NCBI GenBank assembly: GCA_034440375.1 | Contig: JAWXBZ010000008.1 | Coordinates: 1 to 33,277, forward strand | Direction: 5' to 3' | Length of the DNA: 33,277 nucleotides | Source of the DNA: Candidatus Eiseniibacteriota bacterium | GTDB taxonomy: Bacteria > Eisenbacteria > RBG-16-71-46 > JABDJR01 > JAWXBZ01 | In this document: piece by piece, positions 1-8,119 of the stretch | Layout: each line of letters opens with the position of its first letter | Position numbering within the stretch: position 1 is the stretch's first letter | Notes under the pieces: model-generated | Told to the model about the DNA's origin: nothing | The model's input: the letters and a program-made list of their open reading frames with translations, nothing else | The model's database searches: none | Made by a program: the position numbers and the translations under genes

Positions 1-95
1 CCGTCATCTTTCGGCATTCGCCTGAGATACCGACAATCGCGGCCCAACTCAACACATGGATGATCATGGACGGGTTGATGGCTCGACTGGAATAA
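1..95 (+). CDS. Possible 3' end of an upstream CDS (partial)
   Basis: Frame is open from the window edge (VIFRHSPEIPTIAAQLNTWMIMDGLMARLE) to TAA at 93-95. No recognisable motif. Confidence 0.25.
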   Translation, partial: VIFRHSPEIPTIAAQLNTWMIMDGLMARLE

Positions 96-136
96 TCTGA
101 ACAGGTGGACACGTGTGGCGTCGTGGCCTCGACAGG

Positions 137-1072
137 TCACTCCTGGTGCAGGAATCTTTCATAACGCATCTCGAGACGATGCTGCGATGGAGCAAAGATC
201 ACACTCCGCGGCCTATGGAGCGATTGATTGTGAAGTGCCTGAATCGCGTGCTTCAGCGTCGGTCCGTCCTCCTCCTCAAGGATGTCCTGCCGGACCTGAA
301 TGATTCCGTCCGGGCGAATCCCGAGAAAGTGTCGATCGAATGCCGCGTGATGTAGACGGCAAAGCGATAGGCCGTTCTGAACACTTGCATCGCCCTCGGG
401 TTCGGAGTCAGGAATAATGTGTGCTGCGTCGAGAAGCTCTTCGTGTCGGAAGCGGCAAAAGGAACATTGCCGGCGATAGGCTTCCAGGACTCTTTCTCGG
501 AAAGCGCGTTGATGGATGCGTCGCTTGACGATAGTGGTCGCGTAAAGTCGGCGCCCCTCCATCATGTCATCTCCGATCAAACCTCTACCGTCTTCGACCG
601 CTACCTGGGTTGCCAGGACCGCCGCGTCATCTACGGCAACATGAAACGTCAATCCTGCGGGGTCGTCACCGACTATAAACACGGGCCATACGGCCAAGTA
701 CCTCCCCTTCATGAGTCCGTGAAAGTAGACGAGCGGGATCCCGAATCGCTTGGCGTCGCGGAGGCCCCTATTGTCTGGATGGTCGACATCCTTGCCACGG
801 TAGCGATAGTGCAAGTGCCTGCTGGTGAACTTGTCCTCGTAGGGCCCTCCTGGCGGTGCTGTGAGGATCGAAAGCGGAATCTTTAACATGCGCGGCTTGA
901 AGATGCCCTGCTGCGGGGAGACGAGATGAACGCGCTGCCCTTCGAACACAAATCCGTCCATCAAGGTCGACCTTTCCAGGACGTCACCGTGCACCGCCAC
1001 GGCCTGTTCAAGCCATGAGAAGGTGGCCTGGCGCACGCGCGTGTCAAAGTTGTGGTCGAAGAGTGTGGACAC
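137..1072 (-). CDS. HNH endonuclease with SRA-like N-terminal domain (putative type IV restriction enzyme)
   Basis: C-terminal QRAFRERVLEAYRRQCSFC...LLDAAHIIP...NGLSLCRLHHAAFD is an HNH_2 pattern. N-terminal GPYED..YRYRG..HPDNRGL..PLVYF resembles an SRA fold. Confidence 0.8.
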   Translation of the reverse strand: MSTLFDHNFDTRVRQATFSWLEQAVAVHGDVLERSTLMDGFVFEGQRVHLVSPQQGIFKPRMLKIPLSILTAPPGGPYEDKFTSRHLHYRYRGKDVDHPDNRGLRDAKRFGIPLVYFHGLMKGRYLAVWPVFIVGDDPAGLTFHVAVDDAAVLATQVAVEDGRGLIGDDMMEGRRLYATTIVKRRIHQRAFRERVLEAYRRQCSFCRFRHEELLDAAHIIPDSEPEGDASVQNGLSLCRLHHAAFDRHFLGIRPDGIIQVRQDILEEEDGPTLKHAIQALHNQSLHRPRSVIFAPSQHRLEMRYERFLHQE

Positions 1073-1084
1073 GTCTTTATTGTC

Positions 1085-1945
1085 CTATCCGCGAAGCCGC
1101 GCGAGATAAACTGAAGGGCTTAGACTGAATTGTTGCGAGACATCCCCCTTGACGCAAAACAATCGCGGGGAAGTGCGAAAAGCGAAGACTCGGTAGATCC
1201 AGTACTCTGAATCGTTGGCCTGTGAAAAAGTAGCCTCCGCCTGACTAATATAGAAAGGCGTACTTTGGCCGAATGCTGTTGTCTTGACTTCGATTAGGCG
1301 AACCTGGGCTTCATCATCGAACGAGTGAATGTCGTAGCCGGCACCGTCCCCGATCGTTTTCGACACGTGAACGACCTGTTCGGCGATCTCGTTCTTGCCG
1401 GCTTGTTTCAATCGCTCAATTTCAAATCGCATAACAAACTCTTCTCCGGCGGCCCCCAGCAGGCTATTGCGTCGCTCTCGCTCCAGGTAATCTACGAACT
1501 GCCCGTGCCCCCTCCCAAAAATCGGGTTGTGTGGGCGTCCACTCCTCCCGGACTCCGGAGAGGGTGGTTCCACCTGCGCAAGGAGTGGGTTTTCTGGTGC
1601 AACGGTCTCATAGACGCCCTCTTCTACGCTCTGAGCAGCCATTTGGTGGATTGCCGGGTTTGATTCAAGAAAATTCTCGACGAGTGTAAACAACGCCGCT
1701 TGATAATTCGGCGCTTCCTTGAAGCCCGCAATGGTCGGAAAACGGAGCTCGTTGAGAACGGCCGATATGTTGCCCCACTTGAAGTCGATGGCACCAGAGC
1801 TTCGGCCCTCCAGGTGTGCTTCCAATTGGCGACGATAGTCTGCCTTCTTGTACGCCTGCCCTTGGAGTTCGGCGGCCAACATGGCGAAGTACGCGCGGAT
1901 GGTTTCGACGTTTTCCTTCGTTGACCATCTGCTTTGTGCTGGCAT
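1085..1945 (-). CDS. DUF3883 (PD-(D/E)xK-type) nuclease with helical N-terminal domain
   Basis: C-terminal LGAAGEEFV..E..RL...HVS...GDGAGYDIHSF...IEVKTT...FYIS..E is typical of DUF3883. Confidence 0.8.
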   Translation of the reverse strand: MPAQSRWSTKENVETIRAYFAMLAAELQGQAYKKADYRRQLEAHLEGRSSGAIDFKWGNISAVLNELRFPTIAGFKEAPNYQAALFTLVENFLESNPAIHQMAAQSVEEGVYETVAPENPLLAQVEPPSPESGRSGRPHNPIFGRGHGQFVDYLERERRNSLLGAAGEEFVMRFEIERLKQAGKNEIAEQVVHVSKTIGDGAGYDIHSFDDEAQVRLIEVKTTAFGQSTPFYISQAEATFSQANDSEYWIYRVFAFRTSPRLFCVKGDVSQQFSLSPSVYLARLRG

Positions 1946-2267
1946 GGTTACCGTGCGACTCCCATTTGTGCATCACGCCCACAACCGCCAGCGATAGAAT
2001 AGCCTGTCGATGTCGACGTTTGCGATATCCATGTTCCGCATCAGAAACGTGGGATTTGTTCCGGCCAACCTCTTCAGACTCGGAATCAGCGAAATCACCT
2101 CCCTGCTGCCCAACGAATCCCTTGTCGCAGTGCTACCTGCGTGGGAAAGACGATTGGCAGCAGGAAGGCACTGACGCTCTGGATAATGCGGACGAAGTAC
2201 GCGTCCTCATGTTGGGGCCCGTGGTTTGTCTGTGACCGTTTCAGTGGGCTTGGGAGTTCGGGCATCG

Positions 2268-3476
2268 CTACTGGGCCATTCCGCTTTCCTCGACGAGCAT
2301 GGCGATGGCTGTGGCGTAGGCCTCCGAGCCGGCGGCTGATGGGTGCTGGTCCTCCGGCAGCAGGAAGAGTCGTTCGATATTGCCTGGGGTGCCCATGCTC
2401 TGGAATAGGAAATGGGGGCTGGAGCCGGTCAGGGTTTGGAGGCTGTGGAGGAGGGTCAACATACGCTTGGTGGGGCGGGAGTCCTGGGTGGCCAGTTCGT
2501 CGTAGTTGGGGAGGACGATGAGTAGCATGGGGACATTGATGCTTTTGATGGCGCTTACGAATTGTGCATCGGCTTCGAAGCTCTTGAGTGGGGTCTTTGG
2601 CGTGATTGTTGGGGTGCGCATGCCGTGGTAGGGGTCATGGTGGGCGAGTAGATTGACGAGGAGGCTCTGTTGAGGGTTCAGCAGGAAATTGCGTTGGCGC
2701 CGGCCGGCCATGGATTGATAGCGCGCGTTGAGACGAACAAGCAGGGGATCACTCGGATCGGGGCGAGCCATCTGTGCCTGGCACCAACCTGTTGTGAGGG
2801 CTGGGTCGATCACTCCTGTCTCCATGGCGAACGCGGGGTCATGAAGGCGTGATGGGTCGGCGCCGACGACGGGTGTCGGCTGGCCGTCGATATCCACGAC
2901 GGTATGCCAGGCGCGGGCGCGGATCAGGTCTTCCATGATGAAGGCGACGATGATGAAGTCGGGTTCGAGTTCCCGGGTCTTGGCGGCAGCCAGGTCGATC
3001 ATCTGCAACAGGCCGTAGCCGGCGCGGGCGAAATTGTGAACCTGAAATGTCGAATCCCGGGCGAAGAAGTGTGGCCATCCGAACGGCTGGTACGGGTTCG
3101 ACGTGAAGGAATCGCCGAAGATCAGGACCTTGACCGGCTCAGGGGCGGTAGAGGGAGGCTCGGCCATGTTGCCATTCGCGTCGATGGTCAGCGAGTGCCA
3201 TGTATGAATGGCCCCCCGTCGGACGACGCAGGTGATGATGGATTCTCCGGGGGCGTACGAGTATCCGAACTTCGCATCGAATTGCAGCAGCGGCTTGTTC
3301 AGGGCATAAAAATCGGGCCTGGTTGAGCGGGCGGCCAGCTCCAGCCAGAGCATGCCGCGGTAAAACAGTTCGGAAGCCACGAGCCCCACGAGCAGGGCCG
3401 CCAGCGACAGCAGCAGCTTCCATCGAACCGGGTATCGCACGCGACTCACCGGCTCGGCATTTTCGCTAAAAACCAA
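2268..3476 (-). CDS. Membrane-anchored SGNH/GDSL-like hydrolase (start may be a downstream GTG)
   Basis: N-terminal transmembrane segment, then FGDSFT, NFARAGYG and C-terminal DQHPS (DxH) motifs. Confidence 0.7.
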   Translation of the reverse strand: MVFSENAEPVSRVRYPVRWKLLLSLAALLVGLVASELFYRGMLWLELAARSTRPDFYALNKPLLQFDAKFGYSYAPGESIITCVVRRGAIHTWHSLTIDANGNMAEPPSTAPEPVKVLIFGDSFTSNPYQPFGWPHFFARDSTFQVHNFARAGYGLLQMIDLAAAKTRELEPDFIIVAFIMEDLIRARAWHTVVDIDGQPTPVVGADPSRLHDPAFAMETGVIDPALTTGWCQAQMARPDPSDPLLVRLNARYQSMAGRRQRNFLLNPQQSLLVNLLAHHDPYHGMRTPTITPKTPLKSFEADAQFVSAIKSINVPMLLIVLPNYDELATQDSRPTKRMLTLLHSLQTLTGSSPHFLFQSMGTPGNIERLFLLPEDQHPSAAGSEAYATAIAMLVEESGMAQ

Positions 3477-4740
3477 CCAGCGCCAGGGCTACGGTCACCG
3501 CGGCCGTTGCGAGGAGGCCCACGGCCACACGGCTTCGTAGACCGGCGGCGCCGAGCCCAGCCACCAGGCCAAACTTGGCCATGTTGTTCACGGCAGTGCC
3601 AAGAAGTACCGCGGTGACGGCGGTGGTGATGGCGGCGTGGGATTTGGCGAACTGCGTCATGGAGAGGGTGATCGGCGTGGCGTCGATCATGCCGGAGAGG
3701 GCGGAGACGGCGTAGATGCCGGCGCCGGGCCACATGTCGGCGACGAGTTTGATGGCGAGGGTGACGGCGGTGAAGAGGAAGGCGAAGCGGATGGCGGCTT
3801 TCAGGCTGAAGGGGTTCTTGAGGGTCAGGGCGCGGGCCTCGGCGGCTTCGGCCGGCCTTGGGCGCCATCTCAGGTAGACGCCGGCGATGAGGGTGCAGGT
3901 GAGGGCCAGGGTCAGAAGGGGGATGAGGAGGGCCTGGCCGAAAGCCTGGTTGGCCACCCAGGCGATGATGAGGAGGCGGACGTACATGACGGACCAGGAG
4001 AGCATGAGGCCGCCGGACAGGGCTTCGATGGCGCCGGGGCGTTCCTCGTCCAGCTTGCTCTGTCGGGCGAATGACAGGCTGACGGCGGTGGAGGAGACCA
4101 TGCCTCCGAAGAGGCCGGAGAGGGCGGTGCCGGCGGCGGCGCCGGCGATTCTCGTGGCTACGTAGCCGAGGAGGCTGATGCCGGAGATGAAGATGACCAG
4201 CTGCCACATCCGGTGGGGATTGATGGCGTTGAGGGGGTCGATGGGATTGTCGGGGAGGACCGGCAGCACGATAAAGGTGGCGATGAGGAGCTTGAGGCCG
4301 GCGTAGAAATCATCACGATCGAGGCGGCCAACCATCCCTTTCAAGGGTTCTTTCCAGGCCAGGAGGGCCGAGGTGGCGATGGCGAGTGCTACCGACAGTT
4401 CGCGGAAGCCGTACATGGTGAGGCCGCCGAGCAGGTACACGAGGACGGCGGCCATTTCGCTTGTCAGGCCGGGGAGTTCCGGATCCCTCATGGCATGGGC
4501 GTAGAATCCGATGAGGATGACGGCCATGACCATGATGCCGAAGCCGAGGAAGAGCCAGCTCTGGCCGGTCTTCTCGGTCAGCCAGGCGGCCACGGCACCG
4601 GAAAGGGCGATCAGGATGAACGTGCGCAGGCCGCCGACGCTGGGGTCCTGTTCGGCTTTTCGCTTCTCACGCTCGATGCCGACCAGGGCGCCGATGAAGG
4701 CGGCCAGGGCGAAATCGAGGAGGGGGGTGTTGGTGTTCAT
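3466..4740 (-). CDS. MgtC/SapB-like plus DUF4010 membrane protein
   Basis: GALVGIERE, GGLRTF and PGLTSE motifs with many transmembrane helices. ATG at 4740 overlaps the upstream stop (ATGA). Confidence 0.8.
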   Translation of the reverse strand: MNTNTPLLDFALAAFIGALVGIEREKRKAEQDPSVGGLRTFILIALSGAVAAWLTEKTGQSWLFLGFGIMVMAVILIGFYAHAMRDPELPGLTSEMAAVLVYLLGGLTMYGFRELSVALAIATSALLAWKEPLKGMVGRLDRDDFYAGLKLLIATFIVLPVLPDNPIDPLNAINPHRMWQLVIFISGISLLGYVATRIAGAAAGTALSGLFGGMVSSTAVSLSFARQSKLDEERPGAIEALSGGLMLSWSVMYVRLLIIAWVANQAFGQALLIPLLTLALTCTLIAGVYLRWRPRPAEAAEARALTLKNPFSLKAAIRFAFLFTAVTLAIKLVADMWPGAGIYAVSALSGMIDATPITLSMTQFAKSHAAITTAVTAVLLGTAVNNMAKFGLVAGLGAAGLRSRVAVGLLATAAVTVALALVGF

Positions 4741-5549
4741 CCGGCGTGGTCGCCAGACAGGTTTCGAATGAGCAGATAGATGGCCACGGCGGCCAAGATT
4801 GCGGCGAAAGTCCGCGAGAGGGTGGCTTCGGGCCAGCGCCCGGCCAGGCGGGCGCCGAGGAACGATCCGGTCATGCCACCTGCGGCGAACAGAACGACGA
4901 TCCAGGCCAGCGCGGATGTGATGCCGAATCCGAGGGTCAGGTGACCGGCGAGGCCCGCGGCGCAATTGATGACGATGACCACCAGGGAGGTGGCCACTGC
5001 CTGCCGCGTCGGAAGGCCTACGAACAGGGCCAGCGCGGGGACAATGACGAACCCGCCACCGACGCCGAAGAAGCCGGTCATCAGGCCGACCAGGAACCCG
5101 GGGGCAATCATCCGGCCCCAGCCGGGGTGCTGGGGTGTCGGAGCTGGCCTGCTGTCGTCCTGGGGCCTGCCCGAGTCGTGCCGGGCCATATTGATTGCCG
5201 CCGCCAGCATCACGAAGGGAAAGAGGATCAGCAGGAGGCGCGGCGAAGCCAGTTCCGACAGTCGCGCCCCGACAAGCGCCCCGACGACGCCGGCCAGTCC
5301 GAAACGGATCGCGACATCGAGTCGCACGGTGCCGTTACGATGGTGGTGCAACGCACCGTTGGCGGCGATGGTGCCGACCAGGACCAGGGCCGAGGGAATG
5401 GCTTCGCGGACCGGGACACCGAGACCATAGATCAGTGCTGGAACGGTGAGGATGGAGCCGCCCGCACCGACAAGGCCAAGTGAAAGACCAACGACCATGC
5501 CGATCAGTACCGACAGGATGCCGGTGGCGAACGACAGATTGGCGTCCAC
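4737..5549 (-). CDS. TauE/SafE family sulfite exporter
   Basis: Duplicated GLVGAGGSILTVPAL / GFFGVGGGFVIVPAL motifs and AVATSL. Confidence 0.85.
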   Translation of the reverse strand: MDANLSFATGILSVLIGMVVGLSLGLVGAGGSILTVPALIYGLGVPVREAIPSALVLVGTIAANGALHHHRNGTVRLDVAIRFGLAGVVGALVGARLSELASPRLLLILFPFVMLAAAINMARHDSGRPQDDSRPAPTPQHPGWGRMIAPGFLVGLMTGFFGVGGGFVIVPALALFVGLPTRQAVATSLVVIVINCAAGLAGHLTLGFGITSALAWIVVLFAAGGMTGSFLGARLAGRWPEATLSRTFAAILAAVAIYLLIRNLSGDHAG

Positions 5550-5767
5550 TAGGCGGAGACGGGCTCCTCGGGGATGATGATGGCGCAGATCACATAGAAC
5601 AGCACGCCCGGAAAGATGGCGGTGAAGATGATCGCGCCGACGAAGAGGAGTCGGAAAATCGTCGGATCCATGTTGAAATAGTGGGCGAATCCGGCCGAGA
5701 CGCCGAACAACATGCGATCCCGACGCGGGCGGTAGAGTCGTCTTGGACGATCGTCTGGCGTGGCCAC
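5549..5767 (-). CDS. PspC-domain protein
   Basis: RRLYR..DRMLFGVSAGFAHYFNMDPTIFRL...YVICAIIIPEE. GGAGG precedes the GTG at 5767. Confidence 0.85.
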   Translation of the reverse strand: MATPDDRPRRLYRPRRDRMLFGVSAGFAHYFNMDPTIFRLLFVGAIIFTAIFPGVLFYVICAIIIPEEPVSA

Positions 5768-5856
5768 GAGTCCTCCTTTGCTGGTCACTGGCTGGTCGCT
5801 GAAAGATACTACAGATGGGGGCCGGTGGCGGCCGTCACAGGAAGCGGGGAGCAAAC

Positions 5857-6672
5857 ATGCGCGTTGGATTCATCCAGTTCGAGCCGGCCTTTGGGGATGT
5901 GGCGGGAAATCTCCACGCCATGGATGCCGCGATCGAGGGTGCCGGCCGGGCGGACCTTCTGGTGCTGCCCGAGTTGGCCGCGAGCGGCTACAACTTCACG
6001 TCGGTCGAGGAGGCGGCAGCGCTTTCGGAGCCGGTTCCGGGGCCCTCGACCGAGCGGCTGGCGGCGGTGGCGAAGCGGTTGAACACCTTCCTCGTGGTGG
6101 GGCTGGCCGAAGCGGCGGACGGTGCGCGGTACAACAGCGCGGCCCTGATCGGGCCCGACGGGTGGATCGGCACCTACCGCAAGCTGCATCTCTATGATCG
6201 GGAGAAGCTTTACTTTGCGCCCGGCAACCAGGGCCTGCCTGTATTTCGACTCCCATTGCCGGGCGAACCGGTCATCGGAATGATGATCTGTTTCGATTGG
6301 CGGTTCCCGGAGGCGGCGCGGGGCCTGGCGCTGGCGGGTGCGGACATCCTGGCGCACCCGTCAAATCTGGTTTTGACGCTGTGCCAGGCGGCCATGGTGA
6401 CCCGTTGCCTCGAGAATCGGGTGTTCGCGATCACATCCAACCGTACCGGGGTGGAGGACCGTGGTGATCACCGGATCGGGTTTACCGGCGGCAGTCAGAT
6501 CGTGGATCCGGCGGGCGTTGTGCTGGCAGCGGCGGATCCGGTGAATGCCGGCTCGGCGGTGGTGACGATCGATTTGGCGGAATCGCGGCGGAAGGCGATC
6601 AACTCGCGGAACGATTTGTTTGGGGATCGGCGGGTTGGGGAGTATGGGGGGCGGGGACAAGCCGGACGTTGA
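5857..6672 (+). CDS. Carbon-nitrogen hydrolase (nitrilase superfamily)
   Basis: E-K-C triad motifs LPEL, YRKLHL and ICFDWRFPE. ATG at 5857. Confidence 0.9.
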   Translation: MRVGFIQFEPAFGDVAGNLHAMDAAIEGAGRADLLVLPELAASGYNFTSVEEAAALSEPVPGPSTERLAAVAKRLNTFLVVGLAEAADGARYNSAALIGPDGWIGTYRKLHLYDREKLYFAPGNQGLPVFRLPLPGEPVIGMMICFDWRFPEAARGLALAGADILAHPSNLVLTLCQAAMVTRCLENRVFAITSNRTGVEDRGDHRIGFTGGSQIVDPAGVVLAAADPVNAGSAVVTIDLAESRRKAINSRNDLFGDRRVGEYGGRGQAGR

Positions 6673-6699
6673 TTGTCCTCCTTGCCGTGTCGATGAGTC

Positions 6700-6900
6700 T
6701 CACCTTGACTGACCCTTCCGACGACGGGGACCAAGGGTGGCCGTTGGGTCGGACCCTCCCATTTCGGCAAGCTGCTTCGCGGCCAGGCGTCTTACAAGTT
6801 CTTCCAGCGCCAGGTGGACAATCGCGGTCTTCTGCGTGAGCCCCGTGTACTCGGCGGCATCCTTGAGAAGCTCCTCGTCAATATTGATGGTTGTTTTCAT
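6700..6900 (-). CDS. vapB: VapB-type antitoxin, copy 1
   Basis: MKTTINIDEELL..A....G...KT..V..AL..LVRR.AA..LA.MGGSDP pattern. 46/66 aa identical to copy 2. Confidence 0.8.
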   Translation of the reverse strand: MKTTINIDEELLKDAAEYTGLTQKTAIVHLALEELVRRLAAKQLAEMGGSDPTATLGPRRRKGQSR

Positions 6901-7175
6901 TTGCCTGACCTGTTCGTGTCGACGAAATTAAGTCCTCGACCATGCAGGCTCATGTGTTCGATGAGCTGCAGCACATCCTCTGAGTCGGAAGGCGGGGCCG
7001 GGAACTGACTCCGAAGCTCTTCCAGAACCTCTTGGCGCTGCCTCACGTGACCACAGGCAATTTCGCCGAGCACAAACGGGTGAACGCAAACATCTTCCTC
7101 TTCCATCAACCCCACCAGTTCGGGGTTGGGACGATGAAAGTGGTTGATCCAAGTCGAAGAATCGACAATTGTCAC
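6897..7175 (-). pseudogene. vapC: C-terminally truncated PIN-domain toxin (VapC)
   Basis: IVDSSTWI, HPFVLGEIACG and GRGLNFVD are present, then the ORF stops at 92 aa. The expected final LWTxD-type motif is missing. Confidence 0.7.
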
Positions 7176-7372
7176 TTGGGCGGACCGTTCCGACGACGGG
7201 GACCAAGAGTGGCTGTTGGGTCTGAACCTCCACGCTCGGCCAGCCGCTTCGCGGCGCCTCGGCGCACAAAATCTTCCAGCGCCAATTGAATGATGGCAGC
7301 ATTCTCGGTCAGGCCGGAATACTTACTGGCCAGCCTGAGCAGCTCTTCATCAATGTCGATGGTTGTCTTCAT
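7172..7372 (-). CDS. vapB: VapB-type antitoxin, copy 2
   Basis: Paralog of 6700-6900. GTGA overlap with vapC. Confidence 0.8.
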   Translation of the reverse strand: MKTTIDIDEELLRLASKYSGLTENAAIIQLALEDFVRRGAAKRLAERGGSDPTATLGPRRRNGPPK

Positions 7373-7482
7373 GGGATTGGCTGATGGCTTTTCCTGCATC
7401 TCGTGTTACCTCTCGGGGGGGTCCCGGGGGGGCGACACGACGGGTTTCAATGACGCCGACACAACAGCGCCCGACTCCGCAA

Positions 7483-8106
7483 CTACTTCAGCGCAAAACT
7501 CAAACTCTCCATCTCGATGGCCATGTCGACGTTTCGCAGCGTTACCTGGTCGGGGACGACGAGCTTGACGGAGGCGAAGTTGAGAATGCCCAGGATGCCG
7601 GCTTCGACCATGCGGTCGGCGACGTCCTGGGCGGCGGCGGCGGGGGTGGTGATGACGCCCATCTCGAAAGCGCCGGTGCGTGCGGCAATGGCGAATCGGT
7701 CGAAGTGCTCGACGGTGACACCATTCCACTCCTGGCCGACGCGCCCGGGGTCGACGTCGAAGACGGCCACGATTAGAAAGCCCTGTCGGCGGAACTCGCG
7801 GTACTCCGAGAGGGCGTGGGCCAGGTTTCCGGCTCCTACAACGGCCACGCGCCAGCGGCGGTTCAGGCCCAGGATGGCTTTCAGCTCCTCGTGGAGCGCC
7901 GCCACGCGATAACCCATGCCGCGCTTGCCGAAGTTGCCGAACAGGGAAAGGTCCTTGCGGAACTGGGGCGAGGTGGCGCCGCTTCGCCGGGCGATTTCGT
8001 AGGACGAGGCGGTCGGCTGCCCCGCCGCCACCAGATCGGACACCGCCCGGTAGTAAGCCGAGACGCGTCGAATCGTCGAGTCGGGGATCTTTTCGTTGTC
8101 ACGCAC
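7483..8106 (-). CDS. rex: Redox-sensing transcriptional repressor Rex
   Basis: KIPDSTIRRVSAYYR, QFRKDLSLFGNFGKRGMGY, VVGAGNLA and GILNFA motifs. Confidence 0.93.
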   Translation of the reverse strand: MRDNEKIPDSTIRRVSAYYRAVSDLVAAGQPTASSYEIARRSGATSPQFRKDLSLFGNFGKRGMGYRVAALHEELKAILGLNRRWRVAVVGAGNLAHALSEYREFRRQGFLIVAVFDVDPGRVGQEWNGVTVEHFDRFAIAARTGAFEMGVITTPAAAAQDVADRMVEAGILGILNFASVKLVVPDQVTLRNVDMAIEMESLSFALK

Positions 8107-8119
8107 CGGGCGCGGCCTT

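Noticed and set aside
2108-2218. GCCCAAC...GTTGGGG pair resembling an integron attC site
   Set aside because: Inner L boxes are not complementary, the right core is imperfect, and there is no cassette array or integrase.
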